Made by a program: the position numbers and the translations under genes
Notes under the pieces: model-generated
The model's input: the letters and a program-made list of their open reading frames with translations, nothing else
Told to the model about the DNA's origin: nothing
The model's database searches: none
NCBI GenBank assembly: GCA_963662625.1
Contig: OY759726.1
Coordinates: 128,001 to 192,000, forward strand
Reading direction: 5' to 3'
DNA length: 64,000 bases
From: Nitrosopumilus sp.
GTDB lineage: Archaea; Thermoproteota; Nitrososphaeria; Nitrososphaerales; Nitrosopumilaceae
Shown: in pieces, positions 35,034 to 43,049 of the stretch
Position numbering within the stretch: the first letter of the stretch is position 1
Layout of the letters: each line of letters begins with the position of its first letter

Positions 35034-36463
35034 TGGCAGCGGCCTCCCCAGCGGGCCCGTGCCAGATCAAGCCGGCGCTCGTAGAGCGCTATCACGAGGT
35101 CGACGTCCCCCCCTATGGCGGAATCCCAGTCTATGGCGCGCAGGGCCCCATCGAGCGTGAGCATCCTGGGGGTCCTCCCCCCGATCCCGCGGATCATGGA
35201 GATCTCCTCCCCGGGGTCGCCGCCCGCGGAGGCGAGCTTCCCGCCATCGGCCAGCAGCACCACCATGTCGGCGCCGTCCCGTCGGACCGTGAACCACTCC
35301 CCAGGCATGATGGGCTTCCACGCGTCCGGGCCGGCCACGTAAAGCACCTCCGCCCCGCTGAACGTGAAGTGGCGGTTGGGCCTGGCGCGGACGCCAAGAT
35401 CCCCGTCGCGGGACGCCATCACCACGCAGTGCGCCACCCCGCTGACGGCCGCCTTCTTCACGGCATCCTCCACGAGGAAGCGGATGGACTCCACGCAGTC
35501 CAGTATCGCCGGTTCCCCCTCCGCGTAGTCCAGGACCGGGACGCCCCCATTCCCGGGGGACAGCCTGGCGACTCGCCCGCAGTCCGGGCACCTCGCCTTC
35601 CTGCCATGGGCGCCGCCCAACGGCCACGCGCAGTCCCCCCACGAGTGGTGGACGCGCACGCAGTCGGGCGTGGGCGCCACCACGTCCACCCTGATCTCCA
35701 GGCTGGGGAGCCCCTTCCCCTTCCAGCCGGGTTCCGGCTCGACGTACAACCCATCATCCGCCCGGCGGCCCCCGCGGGGGCCCTCCACGCTGCCGGGATC
35801 GTCCACCCCAGTTTCAAAGTCGCCGCCCATGGGGCCGTACATCACCGCCCTGAACCCCCCGGCGCCGTGGTCCATCTTCATGATCTCCCCCAGGCACGCC
35901 AGCCTGGCGCGCTCCTGGTCGCCGCCGTACACCCTGAATGGGTCGCATCCCTCGTCGAACTCCACGACGTACATCCCCATCGGTTCCATGGGGGAATGGA
36001 ATGGGGCGAACGCGCCGTGGGGAAGGCTGCCTCCCCCCTCCTTCACGCCAAGGCCCGCCGCCCCCGGCGACTTCCCGCCGGAGTCGGGCTTTGGGCTGCA
36101 GCCCGCCCCCTTCCCCGCGGGGCCCCCGGACTTGCGCGGCCTGCCCCTCCTCCTTTTGGCGCCGCCGGCCGGCCCTTGGCCAGGCACCTGCGACTCGCGC
36201 GGCCCTTCCCCCCCGGGCGCGCCCCCGGCCACGGCCGGGATCCCGCACACCTGCCCGGATCCGTCACGCGCCAGTTCGGCGCCCTCGGGCACCATCGAGT
36301 CCAGCGTGACGGCGTAGGACATCCCGCCGTGCCTCACGATCACCGCCGCCACGTCGTCCGCCGCGAACCCGTCAGGGAGGAGGCTCCTGGCCTTCGCCGC
36401 CTTCCCAGGCTTGGGGATCTCGCCCCACTCCAGCTTCCCTCTGTACTTTGCCAACCGTCCCAT
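35030..36463 (-). CDS. Ubl-fusion 6: divergent Ubl (36221..36463), AT-hook-like motif, and a repeat related to the Ubl-fusion 2 cargo
   Basis: MGRLAKYRGKLEWGEIP...VCGIPAVAGG (81 aa); KRRRGRPRK; TTTTATA box about 23 nt upstream. Confidence 0.8.
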   Translation of the reverse strand: MGRLAKYRGKLEWGEIPKPGKAAKARSLLPDGFAADDVAAVIVRHGGMSYAVTLDSMVPEGAELARDGSGQVCGIPAVAGGAPGGEGPRESQVPGQGPAGGAKRRRGRPRKSGGPAGKGAGCSPKPDSGGKSPGAAGLGVKEGGGSLPHGAFAPFHSPMEPMGMYVVEFDEGCDPFRVYGGDQERARLACLGEIMKMDHGAGGFRAVMYGPMGGDFETGVDDPGSVEGPRGGRRADDGLYVEPEPGWKGKGLPSLEIRVDVVAPTPDCVRVHHSWGDCAWPLGGAHGRKARCPDCGRVARLSPGNGGVPVLDYAEGEPAILDCVESIRFLVEDAVKKAAVSGVAHCVVMASRDGDLGVRARPNRHFTFSGAEVLYVAGPDAWKPIMPGEWFTVRRDGADMVVLLADGGKLASAGGDPGEEISMIRGIGGRTPRMLTLDGALRAIDWDSAIGGDVDLVIALYERRLDLARARWGGRCQ

Positions 36464-36589
36464 CCTGCCCACAAGACCGCCGCCACTATAAAAGCCCGGG
36501 GCGCCGCGCGAGGCGGACCCGGCCGCGGCATGCCGCGGGGTCCGGGATCCCCGGGCCGGCCCTTTAATTCCCGCGCCATGCTTCGCTGC

Positions 36590-38233
36590 ATGGGCGGGGG
36601 GATCACCGCCGCGGGGGCGGCGTACGACAGGTGCATGGCCGGCAGGTCCGGCATCCTGCTCAACGCCGGCAACGTGGCGATGTCGCACGAGTCCCCATAC
36701 TCCCTCTACTGCACGCTCTACGGCGACGAGTCAAGGAGGGATCCGCCTGACCCGTTCCTGCGGGCGCTGGCCGGCCGCGGGATGGAGCACGAGTCGGAGG
36801 TGCTGGAGGCCATCCATCCCGGGCGCCGCCGGGCGGCATACTCCACACTGAAGGAGGGCTTCATGATGGCACTGGAATCCATGGCGGGCGGCTCCACGGC
36901 CATATCCAACCCCCCGATCTTCCACGTCCCATCGTCAATGTACGGCAAGCCAGACCTCCTGGAGAGGGAGGAGGGCGGGTCGGAGTTGGGCGGCCACCAT
37001 TATGCCGTCACGGAGATCAAGGTGGCGAGGAAGGTGGCCGGGGCGCACGTCCTGCAGGCGGCGTTCTACACCATGCTGATCGGGCGGGTCCAGGGCAGGA
37101 TCCCGGACTCGTTCTCCATAGTCAACGGGGACGGGGAGAAGACGGGGTACAGCTACGCGGAACACGAGGGGGACCTGGCCGACGCGCTGGACGTGGCATT
37201 CGTGATCCGGGACGGGGGCGTCCCCCCGGCCATATACGGCGCCGGGGTCCCGCCGTGGACCAGGCTCTGCAACGAGGCGGCGGCCGAGGCCAGGGACGTG
37301 TCCATGATACCTGGCGTGGGGAGGAAGAGGAGGGACGCCATGGTCGCCGCCGGGTTCCGGACCGTCGAGGACGTGGCGGCGTCCTCCAGGGAGGGGCTGC
37401 GGCCGGTCAGGGGAGTCGGCGCGTCCACGTCCGGGGCGTACCTCGCCTCGGCCAGGGCGCTGGCGTCGGGGAACGCCGTGAGGCGCGCCCCGACGGCGCC
37501 CCTCCCGGACAGGGGGACCGAGATGTTCCTCGACCTCGAGGGCATCAACCCCCTGCTGGGGGACGACATCACGGACTACCTGATAGGGGTGCTGGTCCGC
37601 CGCGGCGGCAGGGAGGAGTACCTCCCGTTCGTGGCGGAGGACGGCGACGAGTGGGCGATGCTCCGCCATTTCCTGGACTGGCTGGGGACGCAGGACGACT
37701 ACGTCATCTACCACTGGCACCACTACGAGAGGACGCACCTGGCCAAGCTCATGGACACCCACGGGCGCGTCGAGCCCGGCCTGACGGACGCCGGGACGAT
37801 GGTCGACCTGTCCAGGGTGGCGACGGACGCGTTCGCCTTCCCCACCTGCCGCAACAGCATAAAGGACGTGGCCAGGTGGATGGGGTTCTCGTGGCGCCAC
37901 GAGGGGGTGGGGGCGCTGTCTGCCATAACGGTATACCAGCGGTACAGGGAGGATCCAGAGGCCAACAGGGAGGCCATGGGGATGGTGATCGACTACAACG
38001 AGGACGACTGCGCGGCCACCAGGGTGGTGAGGGACTGGCTGGCGTCACAGGAACCGCCCGCCCCGGCCCGCCATGGCCACGGGCGCCCGCCTCCCGGCGC
38101 CGGCCCGGAAGCCGGCGACCCCGGTCCCACAGGCCGGCGGGGTCACCATGGCAGGAGGCCGGGGAACAGCACGGCGACGGCCAGCGCGCCGGCCAGCCCC
38201 AGCGCCAGGAAGAATGCCAGTGGCATGGCGTAG
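36590..38233 (+). CDS. TM0106-family RecB-like nuclease with RNase H-like C-terminal domain
   Basis: GKPDLL...EIK...HVLQAAFY; HhH repeats (IPGVG, VRGVG); FLDLE, YHWHHYE, YNEDDC; TTTAAT box upstream. Confidence 0.88.
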   Translation: MGGGITAAGAAYDRCMAGRSGILLNAGNVAMSHESPYSLYCTLYGDESRRDPPDPFLRALAGRGMEHESEVLEAIHPGRRRAAYSTLKEGFMMALESMAGGSTAISNPPIFHVPSSMYGKPDLLEREEGGSELGGHHYAVTEIKVARKVAGAHVLQAAFYTMLIGRVQGRIPDSFSIVNGDGEKTGYSYAEHEGDLADALDVAFVIRDGGVPPAIYGAGVPPWTRLCNEAAAEARDVSMIPGVGRKRRDAMVAAGFRTVEDVAASSREGLRPVRGVGASTSGAYLASARALASGNAVRRAPTAPLPDRGTEMFLDLEGINPLLGDDITDYLIGVLVRRGGREEYLPFVAEDGDEWAMLRHFLDWLGTQDDYVIYHWHHYERTHLAKLMDTHGRVEPGLTDAGTMVDLSRVATDAFAFPTCRNSIKDVARWMGFSWRHEGVGALSAITVYQRYREDPEANREAMGMVIDYNEDDCAATRVVRDWLASQEPPAPARHGHGRPPPGAGPEAGDPGPTGRRGHHGRRPGNSTATASAPASPSARKNASGMA

Positions 38234-38814
38234 ACCACCTCCATCCCCTCCGATTCCGCCGGGAGGAACGCCCTGGAGCCGTCCCTCTTGACAGGCTCGT
38301 CGCCGGCCAGCGGGGCGAGCCCCGCCGGGTCCCCCGCCGCCATCCGGAACCTCTGCCCCCTTCTCTTGTAGTGGGTGAGGACCAGGTTGGGGGAGAACCT
38401 CCTCCCGGCGGCCATGTCCGACACGTTGCTGGCCGCCGCCGTGAGCATCGCCGCCGCCACCCCGGACACCATCCCAGCCAGCAGTGCCCAGATCGGCACG
38501 GCCGTCCCGCCCACCACCGGCAGCATGAACGCCACCACGGCAAACGCCGACGGGTCGCCGGCTCCGCACATCCCCCTGAGGTGCAGCGCCACCATCGCGC
38601 CTACGACGCCGTACATCCCGCAGTTGCTCCAGAACGCCATCCCCTGCCACGGGCCGATCCCACCGGTGGCCACGTCGTACGCCAGGAACGCCGCGGCGAT
38701 GCCCACGCACACCAGCGTCACGTCCAGGTACATCATCCGCTCCCTCAGGTCGTAATACGCCATCGGCGCCAGCATGACCATCGCCACGGCTACCCTGAGG
38801 GCGTCCATCTCCAT
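38143..38814 (-). CDS. A24 prepilin/preflagellin peptidase
   Basis: YYDLRER and GAGD aspartates; multiple TM segments; C-terminal MPLAFFL. Confidence 0.8.
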   Translation of the reverse strand: MEMDALRVAVAMVMLAPMAYYDLRERMMYLDVTLVCVGIAAAFLAYDVATGGIGPWQGMAFWSNCGMYGVVGAMVALHLRGMCGAGDPSAFAVVAFMLPVVGGTAVPIWALLAGMVSGVAAAMLTAAASNVSDMAAGRRFSPNLVLTHYKRRGQRFRMAAGDPAGLAPLAGDEPVKRDGSRAFLPAESEGMEVVYAMPLAFFLALGLAGALAVAVLFPGLLPW

Positions 38815-38847
38815 GGGCACCTCCATTCCGTGCGGATTTAAGCCGGG

Positions 38848-39909
38848 TCAGGAGTCTATTATCTGGGATATGAGCACCATCTTCTTCTTGGATATGCGCT
38901 TCTTGCTCAGTACGATGGCGTCCCCGGTATCCCCCCTGCCGACGTGGTAGGTGTTGATGACCGGGGATAGGTCGAGCCCCAAAAAGTCAGCGTCCCCGTC
39001 GGAGAGGCCGTAGATCACCCTGCCGTCCACGTCGGTGGCCGCCACGTTGGAGCCGGTGTCGGTCATCTTCTTTATGGTGCCGTTCTTCAGGCTGATCAGG
39101 TAGTCGTTGCCGCATTCGCACCTGTACTTCACGGAGTCCGTCACGGACCTGACCTCGGTCCCGATGTCCCTGGAGCCGCCGTCGACGGTGACCCTCACCT
39201 CGTCCCCGCCTCCCCCGTCCGGCTCCCCGGCGGCGCCCTTCCTCCCCTTCTCCGGGATCTTCACCGTGTCCCCGGCGCCGCCCTTCCTGTACTTGGCGAA
39301 TATGGACCTGGCCACCCTGTCCCCGGCGTAGCCGATCTTCCCCTCCATCGTGGAGTACTTTACCAGGTCGTTGACCGCGTCATACTGCCTGCCCTTGCTG
39401 AGCTTGGAGAGCGGGTGGATTATCTGCACCATGGATGGGACCTCCGTCTTCTTCTTGGCCAGCAGCCCGACGAACCCGTCGAGCTTCCTCTCGGCCCTGG
39501 AGTCCAGGTCGACCTCCGCCAGGAAGACGTACTCGGAGGGGATGTACCCGGTGTCCCCCCCGCCCTCCACCACGTCCCTCACGACCCTCATCAGCCTGGT
39601 CGGGTGGTACGTCTTGGTGCGGGAGTTGAGCATGTGCAGCATCACGACCTTCTCCTCGGAGTCGGCCTCCTCCACCACGCAGTCGAGGCTGTCCGCGCCG
39701 CACTCCCTCGCCGCCGCCACGGTCTCGATGTTCCCGATCGCGTAGAGCCTGCCCCCGCGGGACGCGAGGACGGGGACCGGGTACCTCGACCCGTCCCTTA
39801 TCAGCGCGGCGACGTGGGACACGGAGGCGTCGACCACCACGGTGACGTTGCACGGGGCGTCCTCTATGTCGGACACCCTGACCTTCTGCACGTTCTCCAG
39901 GCCGCTCAT
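38848..39909 (-). CDS. ParB/Srx-like N-terminal domain protein
   Basis: KVRVSDIE...LIRDG..PVPVL....YAIGN...AAARECG..LDCVV; the GxxR motif is degenerate. Confidence 0.55.
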   Translation of the reverse strand: MSGLENVQKVRVSDIEDAPCNVTVVVDASVSHVAALIRDGSRYPVPVLASRGGRLYAIGNIETVAAARECGADSLDCVVEEADSEEKVVMLHMLNSRTKTYHPTRLMRVVRDVVEGGGDTGYIPSEYVFLAEVDLDSRAERKLDGFVGLLAKKKTEVPSMVQIIHPLSKLSKGRQYDAVNDLVKYSTMEGKIGYAGDRVARSIFAKYRKGGAGDTVKIPEKGRKGAAGEPDGGGGDEVRVTVDGGSRDIGTEVRSVTDSVKYRCECGNDYLISLKNGTIKKMTDTGSNVAATDVDGRVIYGLSDGDADFLGLDLSPVINTYHVGRGDTGDAIVLSKKRISKKKMVLISQIIDS

Positions 39910-40625
39910 TCCGCCACCCCGAACGCCTCGCAGACGGCCGCCCTGGCCCTGCTGGGGTAGCTCCCCGTGGTGTAGACGTCGTTGTACAGCGCCCAGGCCA
40001 GCCTCTCCATCTCGGAATAGTCGCCCTTGAGGTACTCCCTGCCCTCCAGCACCGACATTATCGCCGCGCGGAAGTTGTACACCATGTCGTTGTCGTGCGG
40101 GGTCTCGACGTCCATCATCTTGTAGAGCATCTTGGTCATGTCCGGGAAGTGGGCCTTGCGGAACTCCCCGCGGACGACCGCTATGGCCTCCTTCCCCGTG
40201 ATCGGCACCCCGTGGACCTTGGCGGACTTGTACAGCGCCCAGGCGGCCACGAACGCGTACTGCCTGGAGCCGGTCGTCTCCCTGCCGCGCCGGAAGAGCC
40301 TGAACGCGTACTCCGACTCGTTGCGGTTGAGCCCGAGCTTCTGGGCGCTGTTGGAGAACTTCCTCAGCCAGTCCATCTCCTTCACGCTCACCCTGTCGCG
40401 CATCTCCGAGCGGAGGTACGCCCTCAGGCCGTCGGTTTCCATGGCCTTGGGCAGGAGGTTCTTGGAGCCTGTCGCGTGCCTCTCGAACAGGTTGGTCCTC
40501 GAGCTGCCCTCGTATGGCGCCTCGACGGTCCCCTCCTGCATCACCATCCCGCACGCGGAGCAGACCACCTCGCCGTTGGTCTCGATCCTGTTCCCGTGCC
40601 CGCACGCTATGGCAGCCATCCTCAT
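39906..40625 (-). CDS. TFIIB/TFB-like protein
   Basis: N-terminal zinc ribbon (CGH..GEVVCSACGMV); cyclin-like helices (KLGL...AAWALY..AK..GVPIT.KE). Confidence 0.7.
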   Translation of the reverse strand: MRMAAIACGHGNRIETNGEVVCSACGMVMQEGTVEAPYEGSSRTNLFERHATGSKNLLPKAMETDGLRAYLRSEMRDRVSVKEMDWLRKFSNSAQKLGLNRNESEYAFRLFRRGRETTGSRQYAFVAAWALYKSAKVHGVPITGKEAIAVVRGEFRKAHFPDMTKMLYKMMDVETPHDNDMVYNFRAAIMSVLEGREYLKGDYSEMERLAWALYNDVYTTGSYPSRARAAVCEAFGVAE

Positions 40626-40724
40626 GCGTTGACCCCCCCTGCATTTTTTTTATATTTTTCCAGCGCCGGAATTGTTGCCCGGGATTCAACACCCGGGTCA
40701 AATGATGCTGAGCAGGCCGGCAGG

Positions 40725-43049
40725 TCACCCCTCCCCGCCGCCGAGGGGGAACGCCTTCCTGAGGGCGGCGTAGGATGCGAAGATCACGAACCCGGCCGCC
40801 ATCACCAGCCACACCAGCTCCGCAGACGAGTCCACCCTCTCGGCGAACGGCTCGGGGGACACCCCGGACTCCGGCTCCAGGTCGGCGACGGCGCTCCCCC
40901 CCCACACGTTCTCGAGCCTCAGCTCCCCGCCATGCCTGGCCACCAGCACGCAGGGGGGGTAGCACTCTACCTGAGACGCCACCTCGGCCCCGTCCACGGT
41001 GGCGCTCCTGACGGTGTTCATCCATTCCGGGGCGTGCACCCTCACGAGCCCCGCCTCCCCGTGCAGCCCCCGCATCCTCTCGGCCTCCAGCGGCGCCCCG
41101 GACTCCTGGGTGAGCATCTCCCTGTACCCGGCGGACTCGAACTCGAACATGAACCCCCTGTCGAGCCTCTCCGCGCCGGCGCCCATGACGGCGTGGTACC
41201 TGGCGTCCATGTCGAACGCGTCGTACCTGGTCATGTTGAGTATCCCGCCCTCGGGGACGTACCCGTGGGGGAACTCGAGGGCGGTCTTGTTCATCCACAT
41301 CGCGGCCTCCCCCGCCCCGGAGGCGCGGTTGAGCATCCCGTGCGTCTCGTCCCGGACCCCGGTGGCAAAGTGATCGTCGCCGGTGTCGTGGAGGGCCTTG
41401 GCGTACACGTACTCGTCGAGCATGACCACGACGTTGGAGCCGGGAGGCGGGAAGTCCGGGATGTTGCCGGCCGTGTTCGACACGTCCAGCACGTAGACCG
41501 CCGACGTCAGCTGGGTGGGCACCACCGCCCCGTCCCAGGAGTGCGCCGACATGTTGTACCAGTGGGCGAACGGGGAGTGGGGGTACTGGTACGTGTAGTT
41601 CCAGTTCCGGTACGACTCGTGCCCGGCCCAGCGGTCCGAGGCGATCTCGTTGTAGGTGGTGGCGTTGACGTACCATTTCTCGACGTTCTCCTGGAGCATC
41701 GCGATCGGGCTGAGCTCCTGGGCCAGCCGGAGTATGCCGTACCCGTCGCCGGTGAACATGGCGTGCTTGCCGCGGCTTTCCCACCTCGACTGGTCCGTCC
41801 CGTCGACGTGGCCGATGCCGTCCCACTCCAGGAGGGACCGGGGCACCGCTAGCGGGGGGTGGAGCGACTCGGAGTGCAGCGAGGTTTCCGGGTAGAAGGC
41901 GTTTATCCTAGCGCGCCTGTCTGGCTCGAGCGCGCCGCTGTCGCCGGGGCCGCTGCCGATCGAGCCGCCGTACCGGATGACCATCCCCTGCCTGTCGTCG
42001 TAGGCGTACTTTTTCCCGTCCCCCAGGACGGGGTACTCGTAGTGCTCGAAGACCGGGTCGTACCTGACGACCAGCTGCCTCTCGACGTTGGTGTGGGTGT
42101 TTATCACCCTCCCCTGGTTCAGGACCGTGACGCCGTAGGCGATGTCGTGCTCCCCGGCGTCGCCCACGGAAGTCGCGGCGTACGCGTACGCCCCCCCGCC
42201 GTTCTCGCAGGGGAGCCGGTACGGGAGGAAGCCTATCCCGGCGGCCGCGAACGGGTCGCCGCCGTCCACCTCCAGGGTCCCGGTCCCGGCGGCGTCGCAC
42301 TCGTAGCCCCCCTCCTCGGCCAGCGGCCGGAATTCGCGGTCGTACTCGAACGTTATGGTCCCCTCCCGCTCTGTCTTCCAGTCAAAGTCGGCCTCGTGCT
42401 CGATGGCTATGGGGTCCCAGGGGTAGTTGGTATGGTCCGCGTTGGCGGCCATGTACCCGTATGGATCCTCGATCACGTGCTCGGTGAACAGCGTCTCGGT
42501 GACCGGGGCCACGGTCGGCGGGCGGAGGGTGTCGCTCGCCGCCTTCCGGACGCACACCACGCTCCCGTTGTGGAAGTGCATCTCGCACGCCCTTATGGCG
42601 AGGGTGATGCTGCCGCACGCCTTGGCGTTCCCCCTGGCCCATCCGCCCTCCCCGCCGTACCCGAGCGCCCCGCGCCCCCCTCCGCCGTGGCAGTCGTTGG
42701 TGCCGGCGATCAGGGCCTCGGCGGTTCCTGAAGTCCCGCCCGTTATCCTGACCGCGCCGGAGGTCGACATGGAGGTGCTCCTGCTGGCGCACCCGTCGCT
42801 GAACCCGTAGTTGAAGGCGTACCTGACGGCGTCGCCCGGGTAAAGTGTGTTGCCGGGGTTGTTCCTGGGGTTCCCGGCGCCGTCGGTGACGTCGTAGTGG
42901 AGGGTCCCGCTGACCCACAGGCGGCACGGGTTCCCGGGCCTGTCGGCGTGCGCTTCCATGGGGGAGGGGAACGCGGCGAGGGCGCACGCCAGGGCCAGCG
43001 AGGCGCATGCCGCCAGCGCCGGGAGCGCGCCGCGGGGGGGCGGGGTCAT
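40725..43049 (-). CDS. Large secreted or surface protein with C-terminal TM anchor
   Basis: Signal peptide (…EAHA); C-terminal LVWLVMAAGFVIFASY. Confidence 0.75.
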   Translation of the reverse strand: MTPPPRGALPALAACASLALACALAAFPSPMEAHADRPGNPCRLWVSGTLHYDVTDGAGNPRNNPGNTLYPGDAVRYAFNYGFSDGCASRSTSMSTSGAVRITGGTSGTAEALIAGTNDCHGGGGRGALGYGGEGGWARGNAKACGSITLAIRACEMHFHNGSVVCVRKAASDTLRPPTVAPVTETLFTEHVIEDPYGYMAANADHTNYPWDPIAIEHEADFDWKTEREGTITFEYDREFRPLAEEGGYECDAAGTGTLEVDGGDPFAAAGIGFLPYRLPCENGGGAYAYAATSVGDAGEHDIAYGVTVLNQGRVINTHTNVERQLVVRYDPVFEHYEYPVLGDGKKYAYDDRQGMVIRYGGSIGSGPGDSGALEPDRRARINAFYPETSLHSESLHPPLAVPRSLLEWDGIGHVDGTDQSRWESRGKHAMFTGDGYGILRLAQELSPIAMLQENVEKWYVNATTYNEIASDRWAGHESYRNWNYTYQYPHSPFAHWYNMSAHSWDGAVVPTQLTSAVYVLDVSNTAGNIPDFPPPGSNVVVMLDEYVYAKALHDTGDDHFATGVRDETHGMLNRASGAGEAAMWMNKTALEFPHGYVPEGGILNMTRYDAFDMDARYHAVMGAGAERLDRGFMFEFESAGYREMLTQESGAPLEAERMRGLHGEAGLVRVHAPEWMNTVRSATVDGAEVASQVECYPPCVLVARHGGELRLENVWGGSAVADLEPESGVSPEPFAERVDSSAELVWLVMAAGFVIFASYAALRKAFPLGGGEG

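Noticed and set aside
36590-38233. RecB-like nuclease as Cas4 of a CRISPR system
   Set aside because: It has the TM0106 architecture with HhH and RNase H-like domains, and there is no cas1 or array.
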